DNA of 42,485 nucleotides from a virus (Duplodnaviria; Heunggongvirae; Uroviricota; Caudoviricetes): IMG/VR virus record IMGVR_UViG_2667527777_000006; one strand, 5' to 3'. Shown piece by piece: positions 10,396 to 20,061 of this stretch (position 1 is its first letter; each line of letters starts with the position of its first letter). The notes under the pieces were generated by a model. It saw only the letters and a program-made list of their open reading frames with translations, ran no database searches and was not told where the DNA came from. The position numbers and the translations under genes were made by a program.

Positions 10396-11768
10396 TGCAC
10401 TGGCACCTTCAGAGGGATCACCGGCACAAAGCCGGGATGCGTAATGGCATTACGCCGGATAATGTCCGCGTCACGCGCCGCGTTATCAAACCAGGTCGCC
10501 GCCAGCACCAGCGCGGGTAAAACCTCATCCGGTGTGCGCTGAATGATCCGTGCAGACTGTTCAAGGCGCGTGTTGATATCCGCATTCAGATCTGCTTTCA
10601 CCCGGCGCAGCGCCAGAAACAGCGCATCGCTGGTTGTACGGGACAACTCCTTATCAATTGCCGTATTCAGTGTGTCGCGAATGTCAGTCAGTTCTTCCCA
10701 CGTCGGCAGGTCAACCGTGTTTTTCACCGCCGGTGCATTGTTCAGTGCCGGATGCGTGACGGAAGGCCAGCAAGTGCTCTGCGCGGGTGTTGTTGCCTGC
10801 CCCACTGCGGCATTCTGCATCACCGCGGAAGTTGTTGGCGCAGGCAATCGGGTGACGGCATACGCCGCTTCGCTGATTGCGGTCGTACGAAGGGTGCTGG
10901 CAACCACGTTACGCTGCTGCGTCGCCGTGGCGGTGGTTTTACTGTCCGTTTTCCAGACGCCGCGGGGTTGCAGATCGCTGCCGAGGCTGACACCGGAAAG
11001 CGTTTTGATCATGGTGACCAGGTCGCTGGCGTTACCATAAAGGCGTTTCCCGGTACGCCACATTTTCTGCACCTGCTCAACGAAATTTTTGCCTGACGAT
11101 GGCGGCGGCAGAAGTACCGAGATATCCCCCTGCAACAGCCTGGCGGCATCCGATACGGCAGAATCCACCACTTTCATCGCATCAGAAACATACCCCAGCA
11201 TTATGCTGGCATTACCGATAACGTCGTTCTGCACGAAATCCGCCACACCATCGATACTGAAACCGCTGAAGCTGTCACTGATGCAGTCATCCAGTGCAGA
11301 ACAGGATGACATCAGCGTCTGCGCCGTCGCCGCACCTGATGTGGGGTAAGAGAGTTCTCCCGCTTCGACAAACTTCAGGTCAAAGCGGACAATACGCCCT
11401 TCACTCTTCGATGTGCTGACCCGAACTTCTCCGTCAACACAGACTTTCAGCTCACCGTATGTCGGATGGACAAGCGTGCCGGGACCGGGTTTATTCAGCG
11501 CGTCAATCAGGCGATCGCGCTGGTCAAAGCAGTCATCTCCCACCACATAAGCCGTGATGGACGGGCGAAAAGTGATTTTCCCCAGGTCTTCGGTATAGGG
11601 TTTGTCGCGGTTCGGGTATTCATGTGTTTCCACACGGCGACCGGTTCCCGCACTTTCTTCTTCAACCTTAAACGGCACGCCGCGAAATGACGCGTCCTGA
11701 AGTCTGTCACGCCAGCCTGAAGACGACGAAAGTAATGAAGGTCGGGTGGGAAATGAGGATAAATCCAT
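10392..11768 (-). CDS. DNA circularisation protein N-like (Mu gp43-like)
   Basis: 458 aa, immediately downstream of the tape measure gene. Confidence 0.65.
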   Translation of the reverse strand: MDLSSFPTRPSLLSSSSGWRDRLQDASFRGVPFKVEEESAGTGRRVETHEYPNRDKPYTEDLGKITFRPSITAYVVGDDCFDQRDRLIDALNKPGPGTLVHPTYGELKVCVDGEVRVSTSKSEGRIVRFDLKFVEAGELSYPTSGAATAQTLMSSCSALDDCISDSFSGFSIDGVADFVQNDVIGNASIMLGYVSDAMKVVDSAVSDAARLLQGDISVLLPPPSSGKNFVEQVQKMWRTGKRLYGNASDLVTMIKTLSGVSLGSDLQPRGVWKTDSKTTATATQQRNVVASTLRTTAISEAAYAVTRLPAPTTSAVMQNAAVGQATTPAQSTCWPSVTHPALNNAPAVKNTVDLPTWEELTDIRDTLNTAIDKELSRTTSDALFLALRRVKADLNADINTRLEQSARIIQRTPDEVLPALVLAATWFDNAARDADIIRRNAITHPGFVPVIPLKVPVQ

Positions 11769-11792
11769 AGACTGACCTCAAAAAGGACTGCG

Positions 11793-13700
11793 TTATCGTG
11801 GAAAACGAAAAGGGGAATACCCCACATCGTGCGTGATTTTCATCAGGGGATCGGCTTTGCCCGGTACATCAATTATCTTCATACCTAGCGGAGCATTCTC
11901 GAACGTGACTTTCAGCTCGCTGTGCTGTGTCATGGAAGAAGATGGATTCAACAGCGGAACATTGGGTTTGTACTGGCTCAGGCTGGCCTGATACTGCTCG
12001 TACTCTTTACGATCAAAAAAAGGCGTCCAGTCTGAAGCCAGAAACAGCCCTTTATTATCCAGCCAGTTAACCGTATCTTCAGGAACAACACTTTCCAGAG
12101 TATCTTTAACCGGCTCATACATCAGGGTTCCCAAAAAACCATATACCCCGGCCTTCCCGATAAAGCCGCGGCCTTTCCCCATCAATCCCGTTTCTGCCGA
12201 TACCTTCCCCAGCGTACGCATCTCTCTGGTCACTGCGGTAATGGATTTGGTAACGTCAGCAACCCATTTGGTTGCCATAAACAGGGCAATCGCTTTCAGA
12301 ACAGTTTCCCATCCCCCCATCACCTGCGCCGTTTCATCCACCACGTGCCAGACTTTTTTTATGACAGGGCCTACGGTTTCCCAATTATCAATAATGAGGT
12401 AAGCGCCACCAACCAGAAGAGCAATCAGCCCCTTAGCAGGCGTCATATTCATCACACCGCCGAGAACTTTCATGATTCTGGACAAAGAGCCTGCAGCGGC
12501 CCCCACTGTCAGTAAAGCCAGACCGATTTTAGCAATGGTCTTAACGAGCTCCGGGTTTTCACGGACAAACGTTCTCACTTCCTCAAGGAGCGGTTTTACC
12601 GCTTCAAGACCATCATTAACCTCAGGAAGAAACGTTTCCCCCAGCGTGGAAGAAATGGCATCAAGTTGATTTTGCAGAAGTAAAAGCTGGTTTTCCGTCG
12701 TCGCTGCCCTCGAAGCATATTCCTTCTGCATCGAACTGCCATACTGCTGGGAATCCGCAACCCGCCTGAAGTTGGTACGCAACAAATCAAGGTTAGTCAG
12801 CAGAGGTGCTATCGCGCCCAGAGACTCTTTCCCGAACAGGGCATTCAGCACAGCTGCCTGTTTTTCTTTAGGCACTTTAGCCATCGCATCCAGTACAGAC
12901 AGCATGGTGCCCCGGGCATCTTTCTGCATATCAGCAGCTAATTTCTTCGGATTGATCCGCAGAAAACGCAATGCCTGTTTCTGCGATTTTGTCGCAGAAT
13001 TTCCCGCGGTCAGGGAAAGCATGAAGTTCTTGACCCCTGTGGCGGCAATTTCTGACTCCACGCCCATCCCGGCAATGGTTGCCCCCATTGCCGCGATTTC
13101 GCCGGAAGCCACACCTGCAACACCACCTAAAGGACCAATACGCGTAACAATATCGGAGATTTTCTTCGCGTTCGCTGGGCCGGTATTACCAAGGTAGTTG
13201 ATTTTGTCAGCCAGCCCGGCCACTTCATCCTGCGTCATATTAAACGCAGTACGCCACTGGGCCATCATCTGCCCGGACTCTTCAGCCGTGGTATCAAAGG
13301 CCACGCCCATCTTCACCGCATCAGTGGCAAACTGCATCAGTTCATCACGTGCAATCCCGGCCTGACCGCCAGCCGCCACAATTTCCGCGATCCCGTCTGC
13401 AGACATGGGAAGCTCAGTAGACAAAGCGCGTACCTGCTCCGTCATGGCCTTAAACGCATCCGGCGTATCCAGACCGTCCACCACTTTGCGGACATCAGCC
13501 ATCTTCGATTCAAGGGTGATGGCTGATTTTACAGGGAGTGCCAGTGCCCCCATTATTGCAGTACCCGCCCCGGCAGCGCCCAGAGCAAGGCTGGAGACTT
13601 CTTTCTGAAATCCCTTAAGCTGACGCTGCATACCTTTAAGCGGGCCGGACAGCCTGTCAACAGCGGTGATGATGGCTTTCAGCTGAAAATTATCAGCCAT
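11793..13700 (-). CDS. Tail tape measure protein
   Basis: 635 aa, Ala/Gly-rich helical repeats, lies between the chaperone and baseplate genes. Confidence 0.85.
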   Translation of the reverse strand: MADNFQLKAIITAVDRLSGPLKGMQRQLKGFQKEVSSLALGAAGAGTAIMGALALPVKSAITLESKMADVRKVVDGLDTPDAFKAMTEQVRALSTELPMSADGIAEIVAAGGQAGIARDELMQFATDAVKMGVAFDTTAEESGQMMAQWRTAFNMTQDEVAGLADKINYLGNTGPANAKKISDIVTRIGPLGGVAGVASGEIAAMGATIAGMGVESEIAATGVKNFMLSLTAGNSATKSQKQALRFLRINPKKLAADMQKDARGTMLSVLDAMAKVPKEKQAAVLNALFGKESLGAIAPLLTNLDLLRTNFRRVADSQQYGSSMQKEYASRAATTENQLLLLQNQLDAISSTLGETFLPEVNDGLEAVKPLLEEVRTFVRENPELVKTIAKIGLALLTVGAAAGSLSRIMKVLGGVMNMTPAKGLIALLVGGAYLIIDNWETVGPVIKKVWHVVDETAQVMGGWETVLKAIALFMATKWVADVTKSITAVTREMRTLGKVSAETGLMGKGRGFIGKAGVYGFLGTLMYEPVKDTLESVVPEDTVNWLDNKGLFLASDWTPFFDRKEYEQYQASLSQYKPNVPLLNPSSSMTQHSELKVTFENAPLGMKIIDVPGKADPLMKITHDVGYSPFRFPR

Positions 13701-13784
13701 GCTTCATCTCCTCATTTATACGGACAGCCTCTGCCTCCAGATCAGCAAAGTGGGAAATAGCCGTCCGGCGAAGTTCAAGGGGGT

Positions 13785-14108
13785 TTAATTTCCAGAACCA
13801 CGCGACATTGTAGAATCGCTTCCGGAGCTCTCTTCCGTCTCCAAGCCGGTAAAAAAACGCATTACAATCATGCCTGCCTTGAAAATATCCAGCTTCGTCA
13901 TCTGCGCTGCAGACGAGCGCGGGATCCCGGCCAGAAGCGGGATATATTTCAGCGCCACCTGACTGTCCATTTTCATACCACCATCAGGCGAAACAGAGAA
14001 AGGGAACCCCAGCGCCTCAATCTCGTCATACGTAGGCTCACGTATTTCCAGCACATGCAGTGTTTCTTTGTGGGCGATGATCGGTTTTTTAAGTACAAGC
14101 TCAATCAC
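13785..14108 (-). CDS. Tail assembly chaperone
   Basis: 107 aa between the tube and tape measure genes; T_TTT_TTT heptamer near the 3' end. Confidence 0.6.
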   Translation of the reverse strand: MIELVLKKPIIAHKETLHVLEIREPTYDEIEALGFPFSVSPDGGMKMDSQVALKYIPLLAGIPRSSAAQMTKLDIFKAGMIVMRFFTGLETEESSGSDSTMSRGSGN

Positions 14109-14461
14109 TGGTAATCCCCTTCTTCACCGTGGAACTCAAGATCAACCGTGCCTTCTTCGGCATTATGGTTCGCTTCGCCGTGCAGCCAGGCAGACGACAA
14201 TACATAGACCTGACCGTTCGCCAGCTCGGCAGTGATGGTCATCTCATCAGACGAGGTGATTTTGCTCACCGGAAAATTCTTCGGCACCTTGAAGGTCCCT
14301 TTGACATAAGGCGCACGGTGAGTTTCCTTGCGGTCCACTGAACCGTCCAGGCCGATGATGTCATCATTGACCGTCCTGTTCATGGGCACCTCAATGCCGC
14401 CGGTCAGCGATAGCTGCTGACCGTCAATTTTGAAATAACAGGTTCCCCCGATACGGGCCAT
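14105..14461 (-). CDS. Tail tube protein (Mu-like)
   Basis: 118 aa directly downstream of the sheath gene. Confidence 0.75.
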   Translation of the reverse strand: MARIGGTCYFKIDGQQLSLTGGIEVPMNRTVNDDIIGLDGSVDRKETHRAPYVKGTFKVPKNFPVSKITSSDEMTITAELANGQVYVLSSAWLHGEANHNAEEGTVDLEFHGEEGDYQ

Positions 14462-15957
14462 TATGCAGACTCCTCTGAATACTGAAGACGGAGCTGGTTA
14501 ACCACGGCAAAGACACGCAACTGGTTAACATAGTCAGGCGGGAACAGCGTGTTCAGGCGGTTCGGATCGCTGGCATCACGCTCCAAAACCAGGTACTGCT
14601 TAAACAGTTCGTAGTTTTCCACGATCCCCGCTCGCTCAAGCTGACGGTAGGTTGCCAGCAGTTCCCCTTTGATCACCGCCGGGGTGACAATCGCCTGACC
14701 GGGACCAAAGCGGGTACCGTCACTGGCAAGCTTGTGACGCCCGTACTTACTGGTAATGACGGATTTCAGTTTGCGCAGTACATACGCGCTGGTATGCAGC
14801 GTCTCGCTGTCGAGGTAGCTGTTATCCGCAACCCCGTAAGCGTTTTTCCTGTACGTGGTGACATCACGCTGAATGCGCAGTACCCCGCTTTCGACATACG
14901 CCGTTGCCACGCCATGAGACAGCAGGGTCTGTTGTTCGGTCATCGTGAACCGTTTCCCCTTCGGCGCAGGCAGCATACCCACCAGCTCACCGGTCTGCGT
15001 GGGACGTGCCGGATCGTTGCGAATAAACACCGCTGCGCGGGCGGTACGGCTTGCCGCCAGCTCATCGGCAGGCGTCTGGGTGTCTTTTTCGTACCCCGCC
15101 AGGGTAATGTGCTGCTGGTTAAACTGGTCACCTGCGGTCACCAGTTCTGACAGCGTGCCGATCTTTGCCGTATACACATGACCATACAGCTGACGCGCAT
15201 AGCTCCAGCGACCGCTGGTATCGTTCATCTCGGTCACCAGCGTGTTAACGGAGGCCGTGTCGTTGAACGGCAGGCCGATATAATCAAACGGCTCATCCGC
15301 CATTGCAGCCACCGCGCCGGTGAGAACCGGAGCACCCGTTCCGGCGGTACCCGTCGCCACGGCAATCTGTACGCCCGCTGGCAGCACTTCGCCCCCACCA
15401 AAGCCGTAGTAATTGAGGCTGACAGGAATTTCATTCCCGCAAAGCCCCTTATGACGCGCGGTCAGTGTGACCACGCCTGCCGAAGATGAAGCCGTAAACG
15501 GCAGGGCCGGAACGGCATTGATGGCATCTTTGATACTGCTGGCAATCGTCGTGACGTTATCGCCGTTGGTCACCGGAGCCTGCACGCGGGTACGTCCCAC
15601 ATAGACATTCACCGTGCCGCTTTCGGTTGCTTCCCCGGTCACCGTCAGCGTAACCGTTGCCGCCGCGCCTGTGGCTTCCGGAACGGCAATCACATACAGC
15701 TCACCAAACGGGTCGGTCTGGCGATAAGCCTCGACCATACGCGCCAGCTGACTTCCCGTACCACAAATCTGGCGTGCATAGTCTGCCGACGGCATCAGCA
15801 CCAGACTGTTGGCAACAATCTCTGCACCGTTATTGGCATGACCAATCAGCAGCGATGCTCCGCTGTCCTGTGCAGTATTCGCAGCCTGGTTATCCATTTC
15901 CGCATAAAACAGCGGAACCAGCGTATTCGACGGAATGGTGTTAAAGCTTATCGTCAT
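14461..15957 (-). CDS. Contractile tail sheath protein
   Basis: 498 aa; size and position typical of myovirus sheath. Confidence 0.85.
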   Translation of the reverse strand: MTISFNTIPSNTLVPLFYAEMDNQAANTAQDSGASLLIGHANNGAEIVANSLVLMPSADYARQICGTGSQLARMVEAYRQTDPFGELYVIAVPEATGAAATVTLTVTGEATESGTVNVYVGRTRVQAPVTNGDNVTTIASSIKDAINAVPALPFTASSSAGVVTLTARHKGLCGNEIPVSLNYYGFGGGEVLPAGVQIAVATGTAGTGAPVLTGAVAAMADEPFDYIGLPFNDTASVNTLVTEMNDTSGRWSYARQLYGHVYTAKIGTLSELVTAGDQFNQQHITLAGYEKDTQTPADELAASRTARAAVFIRNDPARPTQTGELVGMLPAPKGKRFTMTEQQTLLSHGVATAYVESGVLRIQRDVTTYRKNAYGVADNSYLDSETLHTSAYVLRKLKSVITSKYGRHKLASDGTRFGPGQAIVTPAVIKGELLATYRQLERAGIVENYELFKQYLVLERDASDPNRLNTLFPPDYVNQLRVFAVVNQLRLQYSEESA

Positions 15958-16111
15958 CGGTGTTCACCTTTTTATTCACGCGCCGGATATCACCCGCTGC
16001 TTCACGGCGCAGCCAGTAGTTGTTCTCGTCAACATTTCGCCCTTCGGCGGGCAAAAGGTCGCCGCGGGCAGGGTCAGGAACTGACCGCCCTTTAACAGGT
16101 TTGACAAACAT
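15941..16111 (-). CDS. Small conserved phage protein (56 aa) upstream of the sheath gene
   Basis: Manual translation MFVKPVKGRSVPDPARGDLLPAEGRNVDENNYWLRREAAGDIRRVNKKVNTDDDKL; overlaps the sheath start. Confidence 0.45.
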   Translation of the reverse strand: MFVKPVKGRSVPDPARGDLLPAEGRNVDENNYWLRREAAGDIRRVNKKVNTDDDKL

Positions 16112-16119
16112 GATGATCC

Positions 16120-16680
16120 TCAGGAAGGAAGGGGTATTTCGGTGTGATGTTCGATATCGCCGTCAGGCCCGTTACCGGGATCGAGATAATCAACATCAAT
16201 CGCCAGCGTTCGCAGTTCATCCAGACTGTTCAGGTCATCCTGCTGGCGGGTATCGTCTTCGGTCAGCTCGCTGATGACCGAAAAATCGAACTGATAAATC
16301 AGCTCATGACGATTCAGATCCAGCAGCGTGCCGCCGTCATAGGTAATCGGGTTACCGCACGCTTCCGGGTTCCAGCCCAGCAGAGCCTTAAAGAGCATCT
16401 GCCGGACATCGTCCACCACATCATACGAGGCAAACTGACCGCGCTCATCACGCCCGTTACTCAGTATGACAACCACGGAGAAGCCCTCTTTCAGCTCCTG
16501 CCAGTAGTCGGTCTGACTTTTGTTTTCTCCCGGAGAGTCATCACCCGGTACCACATATGCCGCCGGGAGTTTCAACTTTCCGACCTCCGGCAGATTTTTG
16601 AACTGGGCCGCGCCTGCCACCCGGTTTTCAAAATACAGACAGCGGGCACGCAGCGCAGCAATAACAGGAGTCAGTTTCAT
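16120..16680 (-). CDS. Putative tail completion / neck protein
   Basis: 186 aa between head-tail joining genes and the sheath. Confidence 0.45.
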   Translation of the reverse strand: MKLTPVIAALRARCLYFENRVAGAAQFKNLPEVGKLKLPAAYVVPGDDSPGENKSQTDYWQELKEGFSVVVILSNGRDERGQFASYDVVDDVRQMLFKALLGWNPEACGNPITYDGGTLLDLNRHELIYQFDFSVISELTEDDTRQQDDLNSLDELRTLAIDVDYLDPGNGPDGDIEHHTEIPLPS

Positions 16681-17228
16681 GTTTTTTTCCTTCTTACAGG
16701 ACGTAATGACCGCTGTAACTCACGGGACAGTAACTTTTGTGTCCAGTAACGACGCTGGTCGATGACATCAGCCATAAAGTTATTACGTGGTGCCAGCCGC
16801 CAGCGGGATGAATGCTGCTTTTTCTGGCGCTTATCCTTTTTGCTCATCCCGTATGCGGCATGACGCACACCGTAATACAGAAACGCCGGATAATACGCAG
16901 AACCTTCAGGAAAACGCCGGTTACCCTGCCCGTTTTTCTGGTTAGGGGAAATCCTGACCATCAGGCCAGAACGACGGGAGCTTTTACGGGGGACGTAATA
17001 ACCTATAGAACGCGCAAGTCGTCCGGTCTGATAGCCGGGGTTTTCACCTGGAGCAGACCGACCACGTCGCATCACCAGCCGCCGGGCATCACGCATATAG
17101 ACACGCCCGATTTGAACAAATGCCCTTCGGAGCCTGGCACGGTTAAACTCCATCTCCTCCGGTTGTTTGAAATCAACGTGTAAAAATGCTGTCTGATCCA
17201 CTGCGTCCTCCCATTTGTTCTTCGGCAC
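16677..17228 (-). CDS. Putative virion morphogenesis / head-tail joining protein
   Basis: 183 aa, basic and Arg-rich, within the head-tail junction module. Confidence 0.45.
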   Translation of the reverse strand: MPKNKWEDAVDQTAFLHVDFKQPEEMEFNRARLRRAFVQIGRVYMRDARRLVMRRGRSAPGENPGYQTGRLARSIGYYVPRKSSRRSGLMVRISPNQKNGQGNRRFPEGSAYYPAFLYYGVRHAAYGMSKKDKRQKKQHSSRWRLAPRNNFMADVIDQRRYWTQKLLSRELQRSLRPVRRKKT

Positions 17229-17583
17229 CCAGTTCCGTACACTCCAGCAGCAGAAAGCGCCGCGCCCCGTTCAGATCACGCTGACGTTTCACCCGGTACA
17301 CACGGTCATCACAGACCACCTCATAATCAGCAGTGATCCCCCGGCGGTAGCGAATGGTGATGTAATGGGTGATGGCGTCCCCGGTCTGCGCGGTTTCCTG
17401 CCAGGTGGTGGCACTGGTCTGGATAACCTTCGCCCATGTCCGGAACGTAACCGGGTATTGAGGCTCCACGCCAAAGTTATCCGCGGGCATATCCACCCGC
17501 TGGCGGATCAGGACGCGTTTATTCAGTTCACCGGGGTCCGGCAGAATGTAGGTTGCGCTGGTCTGCGCCTGACGAATTTTCAT
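17173..17583 (-). CDS. Head-tail adaptor (head closure) protein
   Basis: 136 aa, immediately downstream of the connector gene. Confidence 0.55.
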   Translation of the reverse strand: MKIRQAQTSATYILPDPGELNKRVLIRQRVDMPADNFGVEPQYPVTFRTWAKVIQTSATTWQETAQTGDAITHYITIRYRRGITADYEVVCDDRVYRVKRQRDLNGARRFLLLECTELGAEEQMGGRSGSDSIFTR

Positions 17584-17903
17584 TGCGGAAAGTACCTGTA
17601 CGGGCCGACAAGCCAGCCAAAACTCTGCGGCATGTCGAGTTTCTCCACTTCCGTAACCGACGAGCGGTTTTCGTAAAAATGGCTGATAAGCATCAGCATC
17701 CCCAGACGAATATCATCCGGCAGGTGCAGCCCGTCCGGATCGCTGTCCGGAATGGTTTCATCCGGTGCATAGAGCTTCCGGTTCAGATACGTTTCCGTCC
17801 GCTTTTGTGCCGCACAGGCCAGCAGTTGCAGATGGCGGTCATCAACATCGAAATCCTCATCCAGCCGGAGTTGGGCTTTAATCTCTTCCATTGTCAGAAG
17901 CAT
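17580..17903 (-). CDS. Head-tail connector protein (gp6-like)
   Basis: 107 aa, acidic, located after the capsid gene. Confidence 0.6.
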   Translation of the reverse strand: MLLTMEEIKAQLRLDEDFDVDDRHLQLLACAAQKRTETYLNRKLYAPDETIPDSDPDGLHLPDDIRLGMLMLISHFYENRSSVTEVEKLDMPQSFGWLVGPYRYFPQ

Positions 17904-17905
17904 AC

Positions 17906-18106
17906 TCAGCCCTCTTTACTGGTCGTGGCTTTTTTCTCTTTTGTCGCTTTACTGCTTTTTGCACTGGTTCCGCGCTCTGCTAACCCGGCCTGAAGTGCAA
18001 TCTCCTGCACCCGGGCAGGAAGCGCCCCGTCGTCATACTCACCGGCCCGAATGACCTCAACACGCATACCGTCCGGTGACCATTTCAGATCTTGTTTCAG
18101 GATCAT
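17906..18106 (-). CDS. Small hypothetical protein downstream of the major capsid gene
   Basis: 66-aa ORF with a Lys-rich tail. Confidence 0.35.
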   Translation of the reverse strand: MILKQDLKWSPDGMRVEVIRAGEYDDGALPARVQEIALQAGLAERGTSAKSSKATKEKKATTSKEG

Positions 18107-18154
18107 GATTCTTCACCCGTCAGAACAGGGGCGCGGTTCCGCGCCCCTGAGTGA

Positions 18155-19363
18155 TTACGCCACTGCAATCTTCAGCAGTTTGATGGCCTGCGAATCGACC
18201 AGCATGCCGCCGGTGCGTTTGGTGGTATAAAAACCGACAAACGGTTTATTGGTGTACGGGTCACGCAGAATGCGGGTGCCGATACGGTCAACGATGGTGT
18301 AACCCCGTTTGAAGTTACCAAATGCAATGGCTTTCGCATCAGCGGCGATATCCGGCATCTGTTCGTTTTCAGCGATACCGTAACCCGCCAGAGAGGACGG
18401 CTGCCCCAGCTCCAGCCCCGGACGCCACAGATAGTTACCCTCGCTGTCTTTCAGCAGACGGATGGCAAACAGGCTATTGTTGTTCATCATGAACTTCGCG
18501 CCTGTGCGGTGTGCCTTACGCAGCGTGTAAATCAGTTTGATAATGGCGTCTGCGGTCACCGCCGTCGCGTCGCCGGATACAATATGCTGAAGTTTGCCGA
18601 ACGCCCGGACCTTATCGGTTTCATCCGTGGATTCATACGCCAGGAACCCTTTCGGCTTCTTGGTACCATCGCCGGTGGTAAAGGCAATTTCTTCCTGTTC
18701 GGCAAATTCGGTTGCCAGCTCGCTGTTGATCCATGCTTCCACGTTGAAAAAGGCATCATCCAGCATTTTCTGGGTGGCCTGCGGGTTACCGTAGATTTCC
18801 CCCATGAAAGGTTCAATCAGGCCCAGTTTTGAGGTGGCAGTCTGGGAGCGCGCGTCAGTCTCGCCAACCCATCCGGAAGCCGTGCCGCCCAGATTCACCA
18901 GTTTTTTGTAGTCGGAACCACCAACGGTGATCACCGTGGCTTCCTGGCGCATCACCACTTCATCTTTCAGCAGGGTGAGAATGTTGCGATCCAGTGCTTC
19001 CGGCACGGCATAGCCGCCGTCTTCATCGGTGCCCACCTGTAATGCCTTGCGCTCCAGATCGCGCAGACCATCTTCACGGCCTTTACGCAGGAAGCCCACA
19101 AACGCTTCTTTATGCTCGGTGGCCAGTTTATTTTGCGCACCACCTGCCGGACGTTTCAGCTCAAGCAGCTCTTTTTCAAGATCGCTTTTGAGGTTTTCCA
19201 GCTCGCTGAGTTTCCCGTTCAGGGTTTCCACCTGCCCGGCAAGCTTGCCTTTTTCCTGCTCAATCGCATCCACGCGCTTGTCGTTCTTTGCTTTGAAGTC
19301 GTCAAACTTCTGCTGCAGCTCCTGCGCGACCTGTTCGACATCTTTAATATCAACCGCCATCAT
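18155..19363 (-). CDS. Major capsid protein, HK97 fold, with N-terminal delta (scaffold) domain
   Basis: 402 aa; N-terminal coiled-coil region followed by the capsid core. Confidence 0.9.
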   Translation of the reverse strand: MMAVDIKDVEQVAQELQQKFDDFKAKNDKRVDAIEQEKGKLAGQVETLNGKLSELENLKSDLEKELLELKRPAGGAQNKLATEHKEAFVGFLRKGREDGLRDLERKALQVGTDEDGGYAVPEALDRNILTLLKDEVVMRQEATVITVGGSDYKKLVNLGGTASGWVGETDARSQTATSKLGLIEPFMGEIYGNPQATQKMLDDAFFNVEAWINSELATEFAEQEEIAFTTGDGTKKPKGFLAYESTDETDKVRAFGKLQHIVSGDATAVTADAIIKLIYTLRKAHRTGAKFMMNNNSLFAIRLLKDSEGNYLWRPGLELGQPSSLAGYGIAENEQMPDIAADAKAIAFGNFKRGYTIVDRIGTRILRDPYTNKPFVGFYTTKRTGGMLVDSQAIKLLKIAVA

Positions 19364-19374
19364 ATTTCTCCTGA

Positions 19375-20061
19375 TTAGAAGTTCAGATTTTTCAGTGCAT
19401 TCAGTGCAGAGCCCACATCCTCAGCGTCGCGCAGGGACAGTGCGCCATAGCCCCCGGCCATGAATGCTTTGGCCTGGGTACGGGAGAGTCCGACATCACG
19501 CAGGACTCTTTCGATTTTTTTCTGTTCGGGGATTTCCCCGCGGGCCAGTGCGTTCTTGACGTCGCTGATCCGCGCCTCGTCGTTAGACGGGAACGTCACC
19601 AGGCTGACTTCCCAGAGGTCGATTTCTTTCAGCAGAAAGGCTTCTTTGCTCCGGTCGTATTCCCAGTCTTTCAGGACGTACCCAATAGAAAGGCCGGTTA
19701 ACGAACCGGCCTTCATGTGTGCATGTGCGCGTTTTGCGAGGGGATCATCATCAATAAGCAACCGTCCCCTGACGTAAAGCCCGACATCGTCTTCCTTCAT
19801 TTCGGTGTAAACACCGATGGGTTCATCCATGCGGTGCTGCCAGAGCAGCGCAGGTAACGCTTTTCTGTCACTCCACGCCCGCAGGGAAGCAGCAAATGCC
19901 CCGGACATCACCACATCATCGTGGCTGTCCTTTACACCAAAGACGGAGCCATACCCTTCAAACTCACCGGAGTCACTGACAGATTTCAGACTCAGCGGTA
20001 CATCAAGACGTTGTTTCGTCTGCATTGGCGTTATCCTTCTGCTTACCGGCTTTACTGCCAT
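19375..20061 (-). CDS. Prohead maturation protease (HK97 family)
   Basis: 228 aa between portal and capsid genes. Confidence 0.85.
   Translation of the reverse strand: MAVKPVSRRITPMQTKQRLDVPLSLKSVSDSGEFEGYGSVFGVKDSHDDVVMSGAFAASLRAWSDRKALPALLWQHRMDEPIGVYTEMKEDDVGLYVRGRLLIDDDPLAKRAHAHMKAGSLTGLSIGYVLKDWEYDRSKEAFLLKEIDLWEVSLVTFPSNDEARISDVKNALARGEIPEQKKIERVLRDVGLSRTQAKAFMAGGYGALSLRDAEDVGSALNALKNLNF

Noticed and set aside
13700-13830. Programmed -1 frameshift (G/GT-type) at the T_TTT_TTT heptamer near the 3' end of the tail assembly chaperone
   Set aside because: The -1 frame after the heptamer runs only about 25 codons before a stop and does not reach into the tape measure gene; too short for a typical T extension, so not called.
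14734-15150. Opposite-strand ORFs inside large structural genes (also 1458-1784, 16144-16749, 19029-19463, 20654-21229, 22579-22977)
   Set aside because: Shadow ORFs embedded in well-supported genes on the other strand, with low-complexity Arg/Pro-rich translations.
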